A DNA stretch of 64,000 nucleotides, taken from positions 6,200,001 to 6,264,000 of the forward strand of contig OZ059896.1 of the NCBI GenBank assembly GCA_964057225.1, given 5' to 3'. The position numbers and the translations under genes are program-made. Below the pieces are notes generated by a model. That model was not told where the DNA came from. It saw only the letters and a program-made list of their open reading frames with translations, and made no database searches. Source of the DNA: Auanema rhodensis. Its lineage: Eukaryota; Animalia; Nematoda. Shown here piece by piece: positions 1 through 13,865 of the stretch. Every line of letters begins with the position of its first letter. The first letter of the stretch is position 1.

Positions 1-1768
1 AAGAAGACAAATGGTATGGCACAGGCAGTAAACGAGAAGATGATGAAATTATACAGCCTTTCAAAGTGTCCGTTCCTCAAAATGTTTTAGAGGTTAGTTG
101 AAATTTTACACAATCTATAGTTTTATTCATTTCAGGATTTGAAGCAGCGTTTAATATCGTCAAGAATTTCACATGATCAATTAGAGGATGCTAATGATTT
201 TACTTATGGTTTCAATTCGAAGTATCTGGTTTCACTCAAGGTATCTGATATTCTATTTTTACTTATTACAATATATATATATATATATATATAATATAGG
301 ATTACTGGATCACGGGATATGATTGGAGGAAATATGAAAAAATCTTAAATTCATTCAATCAATTTAAAACCGAAGTTGAAGGATTACAAGTTTATAAAAT
401 ATCTTATATTCGCACATGTGATTATAAATAAATGCAGATACACTTCATTCATGAGAAAACAACGAACGAAAGCGCTAGAAACTATAAAGCTATCGTTCCC
501 ATCTTAATGGTTCATGGGTGGCCCGGGAACGTTTTTGAATTCTATAAGGTCATTCCTCTTTTAATTGATCCAAAGAAGCACGGATTGTCATCAGACGTTG
601 GTTATACTTTAGCAAATTGATTAATACCTTCATTTATCTTATTTACATTGAAGATTGCTTTTGAAGTCGTGATTCCTTCAATACCGGGCTATGGCTGGTC
701 TGATTCTCCAAAAAAAAGAGGTTTTATCTAAAGTTTATTGTCGTATGTTCAATGTTTATATACAGGATTTTCTCAAGTGGAATGTGCGAGACTGTTTCAT
801 AAATTAATGAAAAGATTAAAAATCGATAAATATTATTTACAAGGAGGTGACTGGGGCTCCGTAGTTACGAGTTCCATAGCTAGAATTTATCCAGAAAGGT
901 TTGATTTATGAAAACATTATTTTCTAAAAATAGTTAATTTTTTCAAAATTTAGTATTTATGCTCTTCATTTGAATATGGTGTCTGTATTCCCAGGAACAA
1001 CATTTTTATCTACTGCATATGATATCTTAGCTACATTTTTCCCTAGATTGATGCTTACATCTTCAAAACTTCAGCACAATACGTTTACAAAATTAGGAGA
1101 AATAATGTCTGAAGCAGGATATATGTATATTCAGGCCACCAAGCCAGATACAGTGGGTCAGTTTATCCTTTACTATTTTTTTATAGAACGATATTTTTCT
1201 CACCCAGTTACTTTCAATTTGAAATATCTAAGTCATAATAAATTTTAGGAACAGCTTTAAACGACTCTCCCATTGGCCTTGCTGCTTATATCCTTGAGAA
1301 ATTTTCTACATGGACCAATAAGGAAAATATAAATTTGCCTGATGGGGGCTTAGCAAAGTATGTTTTATATAGTATTTACATCTATTATTTTTGCTTTAGA
1401 AAATTTTCGAAAGATGAGCTTTTAACTATGATCATGATTTACTGGTCAAATGGCAATATTGTGAATTCTCAAAGATTTTATAAAGAATGCATACAAGATG
1501 ATCGTATTCCAAAATTATCAAAGTTTTTTTTTTTCTGTTTTTGTTTTAACTCTTAATTTGCAGAGTTTACCTCAAGGTACCAACTGGACATTCCTCTGGT
1601 TTGAATGAACTTTTTGATAGAACACCTGTTGAGCTTTCAAGAATGTTCATGAACGTGACTTTTTACAATGAGATTCCTGATATGGGCCACTTTGCTTGTT
1701 TTGAAAAACCAATGGAGATGGCTAAAGATATACTAGCCTTTGTAAATATTATTCATTCTCATTTGTAA
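1..1768 (+). CDS. Epoxide hydrolase, microsomal EPHX1/JHEH type (alpha/beta hydrolase); 5'-partial, spliced
   Basis: Spliced exons give IIQPFKVSVP...FTYGFN...IHFIH...LMVHGWPG (oxyanion motif), VIPSIPGYGWS, LQGGDWG (Asp nucleophile), GYMYIQATKPDTVG, LNDSPIGLAAYILEKFSTWT and MGHFACFE (catalytic His); stop TAA at 1766-1768. The start lies before the window. Confidence 0.93.
272..293. repeat. (TA)n microsatellite in an intron
   Basis: Run of atatatat... visible directly. Confidence 0.9.
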
Positions 1769-2846
1769 ATTTTAATTATAGTAATAAAAAACTTTTCGTC
1801 TTTGTTCTAAATATACTGTTAGAATTAAAATCCTAAGTAAATGATACTTTCTCACAAGAGAAACTGAAAGCCAGCCAGACACTGGTTCAGTTAATACCAT
1901 TTACATAATCTGATATTTCGAATGAACTGTCAATAATATTTAGAACAATGGAACGAAGTGCTTTCATTACAATCTTTGTTGGCATATAAACGTATTTATG
2001 CGATTACTATACATGGTTCACAGCTAGAGGCATGAAACGAAATCGAGGTGTGTTCATGAAGAACTGTATCTGTTTTTCGAATAATTTGTCTTTTTATTGT
2101 CAAAATTAAAGTGGTATAGTTACTTGCTATTATTGAACTAATTTTATGAACATGTACAAGTAAACAATAGTCTGCTTAACAATGAGCATTATTAATTTTA
2201 AAAAATCCAAATAATATGGAGGATAAAAAATAAAGAATATGGTAGGCTTATAACATTATAATTTAAGGATACTTATTCTAGAAGGATGGTATAGCTATTC
2301 GGTTCTGAATTTATTCAGAACTGGAAAAACTTAGAATAAGTTTCGTCAAACGAATTTTGGAGAAGAAAGACTGCAAATGATTCGGGTTGCGCTAGATAGA
2401 TTGAAAGTAAGCATTTTTCTTCACATTTCCTTCTATAAGTAACTCTTTAACAGAACTAAGAAATAAAACAAATTATACGCCAAGGTAAACACTGACGCAC
2501 AAAACGTGCGTATACATCTTTTATAACATTCGGCTATGGTTAAGAATTATACTATTCAACAATTTTTAAATTTTTTTCGTAATGCTAAAATATTGATATA
2601 TTTAAATGAATGTGTTCAAGTTCCAGCATGAACAACTTGCTTCTTCTTTTCTGCTTGCTCTTTTTTATATTTAAAATATCTTTATTTACTTTTGTTTTGT
2701 AAATGGAAGTGTAGATATTGCAAGATCATCTGATTGTTTAATATTTACAACTAAATGCTCTTATTATTGTTTCTCAATGATATTAAAAATTGTTTTCACT
2801 TTGTTTTCATTTCCAGTTAAGGTTTAAGATCTTTTATTCCTTAGCC

Positions 2847-5800
2847 ATGGCTGAAGATGAGAATGTGGATGCTTTATCGATGACTAGTGAGGTAAAAAAT
2901 ATTTATAAATCCGAATATAATATCGAATTTTTTAGCTCGCAGAACGTCTGGGAGTTATAGCAGTTTCTTCAGCTAAGGAAGAAGATAGTAATTCCAATTC
3001 TTCTCAAACCCCTCAATCCTCCTCCTGTACTGTAGGTTCTACATATTTTTCTTATAATAAACATTTTACATAGGAGGGAGCGACTGTCTCCTCAGAATCA
3101 GTTCCAAGAGTACCCGATCCTGCAAGTGTTTCTTCTCAATCACTACTTTTGCCGTTTCTCCACATGCTTCCTAAAGAAGTTGTTCAAGCATCCACTGAAG
3201 TTAAACTTGAATTATATGAAGCGCTCTTAGAAGCTGGGTTGAAGGTAATAAGTTTCATATTTTGGGTATTTTCTATCATTATATTTGTATACTTTATTTG
3301 ATATTTTAATTTACATAATGCATTTTTCTATAGTTGGAGGCTCTTTCAATGATCGACCGAATCGATAGTGCTTATGAAGCTCTGCTATATGTTGGATCAA
3401 AATCATCAGACAGTCCTCTTTTGGGTTCCCCGTCAAATAGCCCCCATCCTTCAATCGCTGCAAATAGTCTTAGCCTTTTTGCTGGTGCCGCCCATAGGTA
3501 AGCCCCTGACACTAACATTAATTTTTTTTTTAACCTAGGCATCCCCCTAGTCGTAGTATCGAAGGAGCAATGGCTGCAATCCAAGATTCTGTAGCTCATC
3601 CCGATAATTTGGAACAGCCTGATCCAGTTTTCGAACAGGAGTCCTCCACATCTGAAAATTACGGTGCTTCCTGTGATGGGTTACTATCGCTTGCATGTTC
3701 TGCTGGCGTAAGAGTAAGAAGTTTAGCGATATATTATTTGGTTTTTTTCAGTTTGCTCGCTTAACAGAAGATTTAGTTAAGTTAAAAGGGTCGACCACAT
3801 TCTGTTCTAACTTAGATACAACTCCCCTTATGGAAGCGTGTGCCGCAGGTGCTTCATCTACTGTGATAAAATTGATTGATTTGGGTGCGGATATCAATGC
3901 TCAATCAAAAACTAGAAATACTGCCCTTGTTTATGCCTCTGCTGGGGGTCATCCTGAGGTTTTTGTTCCCATATTATATGATTTTTTCAAATTCGTTTTA
4001 GTGTGTTCGTGCCTTACTTAAAACAGGTAAATGTGATGTGACAAAAGCAAATGAAAATGGTCATTGCGCTCTGATGGAAGCAGCCAGCTCAGGTAAAAAT
4101 AAGAAATAAGAAAATTAATTTTTAAAATTTTACTTAGGTAATTTTGAAATTGTAAAATTGCTGATGGAACATGGAGCGAAACAACAGTTCCTGACGATGA
4201 ATAGTGAATTCAAAGTTTGTTTTTGAAATATTTTATATTTCTCTGTTCATATATTTAACTCGTTAAAATGCTCAGGAATCCCCGTTGACTTTAGCTGCTT
4301 ATAAAGGTCATGAAGTTGTGGTTAGATATCTTTTAAAAGTAGGAAATGGAGAATTATCCGACGAAGAGTTACATACTGCATTAATGGAAGCTAGTATGGA
4401 TGGACACGTTCCGGTATTTGAGGTTTATATATCTTTTTAAAAATTTTTTTAGGTTGCTAGAGCATTGCTTGAACACGGTGCTCCAGTTAATTTATCTTCT
4501 GAGTCTTATGAAAGTCCCTTAACTTTGGCTTGCAGTGGAGGTCACGATATTCTGGTTTTTATATTAATATTTTAGTATATGTAAACAAATTTGTTTAGGC
4601 TAAGTTGCTGTTAGAAGCTGGTGCTTTCATCGAAGAACCTAACGATGAAAGCTATACCCCGTTAATGGAAGCCGCAAGAGAAGGTCACACGGTATTTTTC
4701 TTACATTAATATATTTTTCACAATTTGTCATAGCGTGTTGTAAAAGTTCTTCTTGATCATGGAGCAAACGTTAATGCCCAAACTGAAGAAACTGGCGAAA
4801 CAGCGTTGACAGTTGCGGCTTGTGGTGGATACACGTATTTTTGTTGAAATAGTTTTAAACAATTATAAAAAATATAGGGAAGTGTTGGATTATTTGGTTA
4901 GGTACGGTGGCGATCTAGAACTGGGAGCTAATACTCCACTAATGGAAGCCGCACAGGAAGGCCACATAGGGACGGTAATATATGTTATAGGAGCTGCACG
5001 ATCTGTAAGTGCAAGTATATCATTAACAAAATATGAAGGTTTTTCTAGCAGGAGGGAGCTTGTCCTAACCTTCAGCATCATATGAATGCTGCTCTCGCTT
5101 TAGCTGCTGATAATGGGCATTTAGATGTTGTTGAATTTTTGCACAGAAATGGGGCCGATATTGTTTGTTTTACTGAATTTGAAAAAGTAACAAAATTGGT
5201 TTATAGACATTAGAATATGAAGGAAGAACACCCTTGATGAAAGCGGCAAAAAATGGATATACGGATATTGTTTCGTTCTTGATAAATAATGGAGTAGATG
5301 TGAATTATAAACCCCAGTCAGGGAATGATGCAACAGCATTGTCATTGGCATGTTCATCGGGTTATAAAGACATTGTTCGACATTTACTAGACGCAGGAGC
5401 CGATCCGAATATTGAATTAAAGGTGGTTAATATTGTTTTTTGTTTTTGCATTACCAACTCTCAGGATGGCGTTACTTGCATATTGGAAGCCGCTAAAAAT
5501 GGATATGTTGAAATTGTAGAACTTATGTTAGATCATGGCAAGTGCTTTCTTATAAATCGGATAAAGCATTTATTTTTTAGCGTTTGACAATAAAACAGCT
5601 GCTGGATGCATAGCAACTCAAACTGCTTCCAATAATCCGGGTACAACAAAAAATTCTAACCTAAGTCGTCGTAAAAAAGCTTCCAATCTTAATCCTCCGT
5701 CATATCTTCCTCCAGGTGAGCATTTTCTGAACTTTTTTACAACTTTAAAATCTATTTTCATATAATTTGTTTTATTCACAGGATTACTACCTGATAACCC

Positions 5801-8800
5801 GGTACGCATGACATAAACTTTTGCTAAATATAATTGTACTTTATAGCTTCAAAATACCGATCCAACATTTACTGATGCGGAATGGGCAAAAGTGTACTAT
5901 GGATGGTTAGCAGCTTTATACAATCTTCGGCACTCAGGTCCAACGCCTCCTTTGCCTTCGGTTCGTTTACTATAATAATGACTCCCTAATAAATGTGATG
6001 CCAGAATGATCGACTGCCTCTTTCTTACGACTACAACCTTTCCCAACCTGCTTTAGATGTTCATACACAGCTCACGGCTGAACAAGTCCAAGCATTGGCC
6101 AGCTATGTGGCAACTCGTAGGCTTTTTATAATGATTGCATGCACATCTACAATTTTTAGTTCCAGTTCCTATTGGACCGACAGGTGACAAGCCGTCGTAT
6201 CCTTCTCTTTCATCTAATTCTCAAACTAGCACCGCATCAACAGATTCAATACCTTTGTCAGTCTCCTCTTCTTCACCTAATTGCCCAACTGAAGTTTTGA
6301 CTAATAGTCCAAAAACATTATCTATGCCATCTACCTCTGGTATGAAGAAATACTCTAATCTTGTCATATCATTATCTGCAGCAATGGTTGCTCCAACGAA
6401 TACAATTAGTAATAGCACTCAGCCTGTTGGCACTGCTATTTCTACTTCCAAGAGGGAAAAGATCCCAACTACAGTTTCTTCACAAAAATATGCTTATATT
6501 CACCAACCTGGTTCTATAATTGTGGAAAGAGTTCCCATTTCCACACCAAGCCCAACAAATACATCCACCTCAACATCAATCACCACCGTGAAACCTAATT
6601 CTGGTGCCGCGTCTACTGCTACAGTTTCCACGTCTAGCGGTAACTTCTTGTCTAATACGTATGAAGCAATCAAGAAGAATTTCTCAGGTCTTCCATTGCC
6701 ATCAACATCAAATACTTTACCATCGGCAAGTATTTAAGATATTACAAAATATATTTCTTTTTAAAGGTTCTTCAAGCTGATTCTAACAATTTATCACACC
6801 CAGCCAAAAGTACAATGACAACGACAACAGATGACGGATCAGTAACTACTACAGTAAGCGCTGCGAAAGTGGAATCTGCTCTTGCCACCGATTTTTTGCT
6901 GAAAGGATGGACTGAGGCTAAATGTAAGGGAAATGTTGTTGAGCTTTTTCAAAGAGTTGTGAACCCAGGGGGAACTACGGTACAACAATTCACCAATCCT
7001 TTGCAACCAGAGCAACGCCGGTTAATAAGGAAAAAGTTCCAAGACTATATCTCCTTAGACACTCATAGTTCGTATAAGTCTAAATAATTACCTAAATTTA
7101 TCATTTTCAGGTACACCCGATATGAACTCTTTGAAACATTTCATCGATCTCTTTCAAGAATGGGACAAGCCATTGCCTGCGAAAGAAGTTTGCATTATTT
7201 TTTTTTTTTTTCTGATTTGTAATTAAGACTGAACTTGAGAATGACCCAATTTCTATGTGCGATATTATGAAAATGATTCGTCCTTCTGGGCAAGTAGGTG
7301 TTTCGTCGAATGCTGAAGTCTTGGCATCAACACTACCTACATCCTCTGCTCAGAATACTGCGTCTATTTCTGGATCGGTTAGTGCCGTACATAGACGAGC
7401 TCATAGTGAAGGAGATGAAGCTGAATATGCTAAGTACTTGCGTATATATTTTTCGATAATTACTGAGTAGTACAATTTAAGGCCTGTGATTAAAACAGTG
7501 TTTAATGTAGATAAAGCCACCGATTCTAATAATGATACTCCTCTTACCTTGGCTTGTTCCAATGGACACAAGGAAATGGTTAATGTTCTTGTAGCACGTG
7601 GTGCGAATATAGAGCATCGTGACAAGAAGGTTCATAATGCTTATTTTTTAAAAGTTAACTATTATGTTAGGGATTTACACCTTTAATATTAGCCGCAACA
7701 GGAGGGCACGTTGGTGTAGTACATGCTTTACTTACCGCTGGAGCGAATATTGAGGCTCAATCTGAAAGAACGAAAGATACAGCATTATCTCTTGCTTGCT
7801 CTGGAGGTAGAAAAGAAGTCGTAGAAGTTCTACTCACCCAAGGAGCCAATAAAGTGATTTTATAGATTTTGAAGCAATAATATTAAATTTTGTAGGAACA
7901 CCGTAATGTCAGCGATTATACACCATTGTCATTAGCGGCTTCTGGAGGATACGTGGAAATTGTGAATATGTTACTAAATGCTGGTGCCGAGATAAATTCT
8001 CGTACTGGTAGTAAATTAGGGATATCGCCATTAATGCTTGCGGCTATGAATGGACACAAAGATGCTACCAGAGTACTGTTGGAGAAGGGTTCAGATATAA
8101 ATGCTCAAATTGAAACGAACAGGTTGAACATAGACACTGTGCGGTTCGCATAGACTCTAGCTGTTTTCAGAAATACTGCGCTTACTTTGGCTTGTTTTCA
8201 AGGGAGAACTGATGTGGTACGTTTACTTCTTCAATACAACGCGAACGTCGAGCATCGTGCAAAGGTATGCGTTTTTTATATATATATTTTTTTCAAGCTA
8301 TTCTTAGACGGGGTTGACTCCTTTAATGGAAGCTGCAAATGGAGGCTATGTAGAAGTAGGAGTTCTTCTTCTAGATCACAATGCCGATCCTAATACTACC
8401 CCTGTACCCTCTAGCCGAGATACTGCTTTAACGATTGCCGCTGACAAAGGACATGACAAATTCGTCGAAATGCTTATAAATAGAGGAGCTGCCATTGATG
8501 CAAAAAATAAAAAAGGCTGTACGGCATTATGGCTAGCATGTCATTGTGGGCATCTGGACACCGTGAAGACTCTAGTAACATTTGGAGCAGATGTTGATAC
8601 TCAAGATAATCGAAAAGTATCTGCCCTCCTAATTGCTTTTAGAAAAGGGCATTTGAAGGTATTTTTTGTTTTTTGGAGTGTAATCTTATATCATCAGGTG
8701 GTCGAGTATTTGGTCAACTACGTTAAGCAGTTTCCAAATCAGCAAGAAATGGTACGATATTTGTCTACACTTACCACTGGTGATCAGGTTTTTAACATAT

Positions 8801-11800
8801 TTTAATGTCTTTTACTTGCTATTCGTTTATAGAAAGTTACGAAAGAGTTGCAAGATCTGCTTTGCAATGTGCAGAAATGTATAACAGTAATAGTTTCGGC
8901 AACTAAAGCTCAAGCAGAGCAAGCGAACAAAGCAGCTGAAAGTCTGTTGGCTCTTCTAGCCGAGGAGGTAACGCGGAATAATAAATTCGATTGCTTTATG
9001 GTTTTATTAGGAAGAGATGGCTAAGAACAAAAAACAAAAAAAACAAAAGAAGAAGGAAGAAAGGCGTGCCAAAAAGAAAAAGAACGGAGAAAAATCTAAA
9101 GTTTGTTGTGTACAAGATGTTTCTCCAAAGAAAGATCAATCTCCATCCCGGGAAGAAAGTGAAGTCTGTTTCTAAATATATTGTATTTTTTAATGCGAAA
9201 ATATTTAGGTTGAAAGTGAAGAAGAAAGTGAATCATCGAAAAAATTTAATCAAACCAATTTTTCAGCGTCTGTTCCAGAAAATGACGAAACATTAGTGCG
9301 TTTAAATAGTCATATTATTATTATCTTTGTTATTTTAGGTAGTGGATCGAGTTCCCTTGCTTAATGTTGAGCAGAATGGAGCTTCTCTTACTGAGGCAAC
9401 TGCAGTTTCTGCTAAACAAAAACGGCAATGTAATAGAAAAGCAAGACAACCTGAACGTAATATTTTTTGTTCATTAGATATATTTGATTTGCAATTTATA
9501 GTTACGATTGCCTCTCCTATTGTTAGTGTTGCCCAGCCTGCTGTGTCTTCTATATCAACGATAAAAACTCCTCCAGCTCTTCCTGTTACCTTAGTTAAAA
9601 TTTCTCCTACTACTACTGATGAATGGGTTAAAGCTAGTAAGAAAAAACAGGTGACTATATTTTTCGAATCGGATAGACGAACAATCATTAATTTAGTCTA
9701 AAACCAAAATTCTCGCTGTACCTACTCCTAGTGCTATTCTGGGTCATCAGAAAGAAAGTCATGTCGATGAAGCATATGGCAATTGGAAAGATGTTGAAGT
9801 TGTTAGTTTTGCAGTTTTCCTTATTTTCTATCTTTATCGTAGTGTCGACGCAATAAGTCTAAGACATTGTGCGTGGGAAGTAGCGTGATTGCTCGTGTTA
9901 TTGGCAGAGGTGGCTTCAACATCAATGCAATCCGAGAAGCTACAGGAGCTTCTATTGAGGTTGAAAAACAAGGTCTAAAGAAAGAGCAACATGACCGGCA
10001 AATTTTCATCAAGGGCACCCAAGATACTGTTCTGTATGTTAATCCTTTGTGTAATAATATGAATTTATTATATAGAAATGCTGCTCTAATGATCAATGGT
10101 CTCATCGCTGATAACGATGCTTCCGTAACAGATATTATACGACAGGTTTCTCAGTCACCTTCATATCTCTTAGCGGTATGTCTTATAGGTTCTTCATGGA
10201 AACACTTCTGTGGCTTCTTCGTCTTCTGAGAGTGGAAGTAGAACTAATGATGGAAAACCTTCGATTAACTTAGTGAACGCTGGTAAATCTACTCAGACTT
10301 GGGGAACGACGAACGTATGGCAACAAAGGATGGCAGCGAGACAACAACAGCAAGATCAACTTCAACAACCACAATCTCCACCGTCTGATGATGCATGCGG
10401 ACATGCTCACTCACAGTCTCCACCTGTGATAATTCATAAACAAATTTTGGAGCATGGTTATTTCATTTTAGAATTTAGATATATGATTTTTTTCTAGAAG
10501 TTCGTGATGAAAGTATTCATAAGTCTGTTGTCTCGACTTCACAATTCTCTGCATCAGAAGTTGAGGCGTCCTTGTCTCCTACTCCTTCATCATCTATTGT
10601 GGAATCGGAACCAGTAGCAATTATACAAATTTCACGACCTCTTTCGCCTAAAGAAGAAGATCTACGGAAGGCCCCTGGTTATCGGCCGCATATGCAAGCA
10701 AATTCCGGTAATCCAATAGTAAAGCTTTTTTAAAGATTTTAACAAAAATTCAGTTGTTTTTGTGGAGAAATCTCAGACTTCAGCTAAGACAGAATCACCT
10801 TCTATCTTATCAACTATCGGGGGTCAGCTTCCACTTCTAGAAGAAAAGAGCGTTTCAGCTGTTTTACCAGGATTAGAACATAACTCATTCCTCGATAAAA
10901 CCACTCATGCAAAATTAGCTCAAATTTGGGGCTCAGCTTCAGAATTATCTACCGTTAACGAATCAGCTTGGAACAGTCAAATTCTATTAAACAATCTTGG
11001 TTTAGGCTTAGATACCTCGGTTTGCAAAACATTTATATATTTACTATTTTTTTTTCAGAGATCTGACTGGCCCCTTTCTTCTGAATCTGATTTTCTGGGT
11101 GTTGGATTTCCACCAGCTTCTTCACAACCTAAGCCAAATCCTATTCCTGCCTCAGTTTCTACTTCGGTTAATGAATGGATGGCTCCTGGAAATAAAGCTG
11201 GATTATCATTTTCTAATCGATCTCAAGTATTTCTATCACAAGAGATCAAATAGTTTTCTTGTCTTTTTCAGAACCGCACAGGCATTATGCATACATCACC
11301 GCAACAAACATCGAATGCTGCTCCAGTATTACAGACTCCCCATCAAACTCGAACATTTGCTTCTAATCAGCAAACTGAAAATAATGTTCTTTTCAATCAG
11401 GTTTTTGATCTTTCTTCTAGTATGAATAATTTATTTATGTGTTAATTAAGCTTGCTGCTCAATTATTGACACATCAAGGATCAGCTTCTACATCTAATTC
11501 TAACCCGTATTTCTCCTATAACGAGCCATCGTCTATTGGTCCTTTAAAGCCTGTCACGCCTATTCATAATCCAACACCAAAACCTTTCAGCTCCTATCAG
11601 GTTCTTTTTGTTTGGATGATTATTTATCATCTGTAAATTCGTATATAGAATGCTACACAAGAGTATGAAAACTTGCATAGCTTACTCAATTCGTCATATC
11701 AATCTCATAATATGAATTCACATAGCAGTTCAGATTTTAATGGACAGGTTTTTATTGTATTAGACGTACTTGTATGTTATTATTTCTAGCAAACATATCC

Positions 11801-12167
11801 TTCTTCTAATGCGGTTTCTCGAACTGTTCTAACATCAAGGCCTGCTGTTCCATTTATACCGCCTCCCCCTCCACCTGGATTTGGGGCTGTTGCTCCTCCT
11901 CCTAACATGGGTGCCAATACTTCTGTTCCTCCTCCTCCTATGCGAAGTTCTTTTTTCAATAATCAACTTCCACCACCGCCTCATTCATCCTCTTTTATGT
12001 ACAGCAGGTTTGTTTATTTCATATCTACAATATTTCAATCTATATGTATATATTTTATATTACCTTAATTTTCTATATTTAGTCAACAAGCTGGTGGTAA
12101 TTGGAATCCCATCCCTCCATCTAACATTCCACAGCAACAAATGCCGTGGAGTGGTGGGTGGAAGTAG
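2847..12167 (+). CDS. mask-1: Ankyrin-repeat and KH-domain protein MASK (ANKHD1/ANKRD17 family), multi-exon
   Basis: ATG 2847 just after an AG acceptor; two ankyrin clusters (TPLMEA/TPLTLAC repeats at ~3800-5540 and ~7520-8700, incl. SRTGSKLGISPLMLAAMNGH and PVPSSRDTALTIAADKGH); Lys-rich coiled coil ~9010-9100; KH domain VIARVIGRGGFNINAIREATGASIEVE (9885-9965); Pro/Gln/Ser-rich tail ending MPWSGGWK* at 12165-12167. Confidence 0.93.
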
Positions 12168-12731
12168 GTTTTAGCTTAATGATTTCTGTATTGTTTTATA
12201 TAGTTGATATATTTGTTAAGTTGGTGTATTGTTTTCGGGTCTAGATTTAGCGTATGACATGAATCAGGGTTTCATGTTTAACGTCTCTGTGATCATATGT
12301 TCTCCCTCCCGGTGGGCTATCCTATTTTCCAGGTGTGTGTAACTTGTATTTAAAGGGTTTGTTATTTCATATATTATTCAGTATTATCCTCAACAAATCG
12401 GTGCATATTGTGCAAAACTCGGTTTCAAGCTATTCCAGTGAAAAGGTTTTCTGTCTAACGCAGTGTATTTTATGCGATATTATATTTTGGGTCAATTTTT
12501 TTTGTTGTACTCTTATTTTGCACTAGTATGTGTATTAATAAGCTTGACCAACTAGTTAGTCGATCTTGTCCTTTTTTCTGCCGATTATTTATTATTTAGT
12601 GATGTTGATCTGTTCAAAGATGAAAATTCCTCTTTTTGTTAATGTTTTCTCATGAGTTGATGTCATTTTACATTTTCATCAGTGCTAATTTTCTATGTTC
12701 CGATGATGAGTTTATTATGTAAATGGATTTT

Positions 12732-12850
12732 AATAAACCCTCACATACTAATATATTTTCATACATTTATAAATGTATAAATATATAGTTTTTTCGACTA
12801 TGAGTATTTTAGTTGTTTATTTACGTGATGATTCAAGAGTAATTTTTAAG
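12732..12850 (+). promoter_or_regulatory. Putative intercistronic region: AATAAA after mask-1, then TTTTAAG acceptor directly before the NFU1 ATG
   Basis: AATAAA at 12732-12737; acceptor ends 12850; ATG 12851. The ~110 nt spacing is typical of SL2-type operons. Confidence 0.55.
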
Positions 12851-13753
12851 ATGTCGTTTTTGTCTAATCGTCTTCATAAGAAGGCAATATCACTTTTCCA
12901 ATCTGGTTAGTAAATTTGCAGTGATATCATGTGCTAGTGATTTTTTTAGTGAGATCATTGTATATTCAAGTCCAAGATACTCCCAATCCCTTATCTTTAA
13001 AATTTTTGCCTGGTCAATCCATTCTTAGCAATTCTGCAACTCATGAATTTATGAGCGTGGCTTCTGCAAAAAACAGTCCTCTGGCTATGTAATGAAGATA
13101 ATCTTACTTTGTTTTATTATACATTTTAGGGAGCTTTTCCGAATCGAAGGTGTCAAATCTGTTTTCTTTGGTGAAGACTTTATCACAATTACAAAAAAAA
13201 CAGAAGACACTGATTGGGCTCTTATGCGAGCAGACATCTTTTCAACTATAGCAGATTTCTTGCAGTCAGGGAAAAATGTAATTCAAGAAAGCAGTCATCC
13301 ACTATATGAAGACACAGGTAAGCTTGGAGAAGATGGTTGCTTACTTTTTTAAAGCTATTTTGGAAGATGATGACGATACAGTCGCCATGATAAAAGAACT
13401 CCTGGATTCTCGTGTTCGGCCAATGGTACAGGAAGATGGGGGAGATATAACGTATTGTGGTTTTTCTAATGGTGTGGTGAAATTGAAGTTGAAAGTATTT
13501 TTTATTAATATTTCCTTGAAAAATTATGCGTTCAAGGGTTCATGTACAGGCTGTCCAAGTTCTTCTGTTACATTAAAGTCAGGAATTCAAAATATGTTGC
13601 AATTCTATGTCCCTGAGGTTTTTGTACTAATGCATACAGTTAATGTTTTCATATCTACAGGTAAAAGAAGTTGTTGAACTCAAAGACGAAGCCGATAACT
13701 TGGTCGAACGAGAGCTTGCCAAATTCGAAGCTTCCCGAGGAATTAGCGATTAA
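12851..13753 (+). CDS. NFU1: NFU1 mitochondrial Fe-S cluster carrier (C. elegans lpd-8/nfu-1-like)
   Basis: [61 protein letters not shown] and [27 protein letters not shown] (CxxC); stop TAA 13751-13753. Confidence 0.95.
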
Positions 13754-13865
13754 ATTACTTACGCAACTTTTACAATATATAATTTGAAAATAATAGAAAA
13801 TAGAACTTCGATAATTTAATGTGAACATACATACATTTGCTTCTGTTAAATATTATTATTGTTTC

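Noticed and set aside
2268-2458. Exon-like stretch (FRQTNFGEERLQMIRVALDRLK|gtaagc) and a 9-bp hairpin upstream of mask-1
   Set aside because: No consistent start exon or phase could be built; may be UTR or chance.
3372-9688. Minus-strand ORFs overlapping mask-1 (e.g. 3372-3599, 6221-6418, 9335-9688)
   Set aside because: Antisense shadows of coding exons with no splice or family support.
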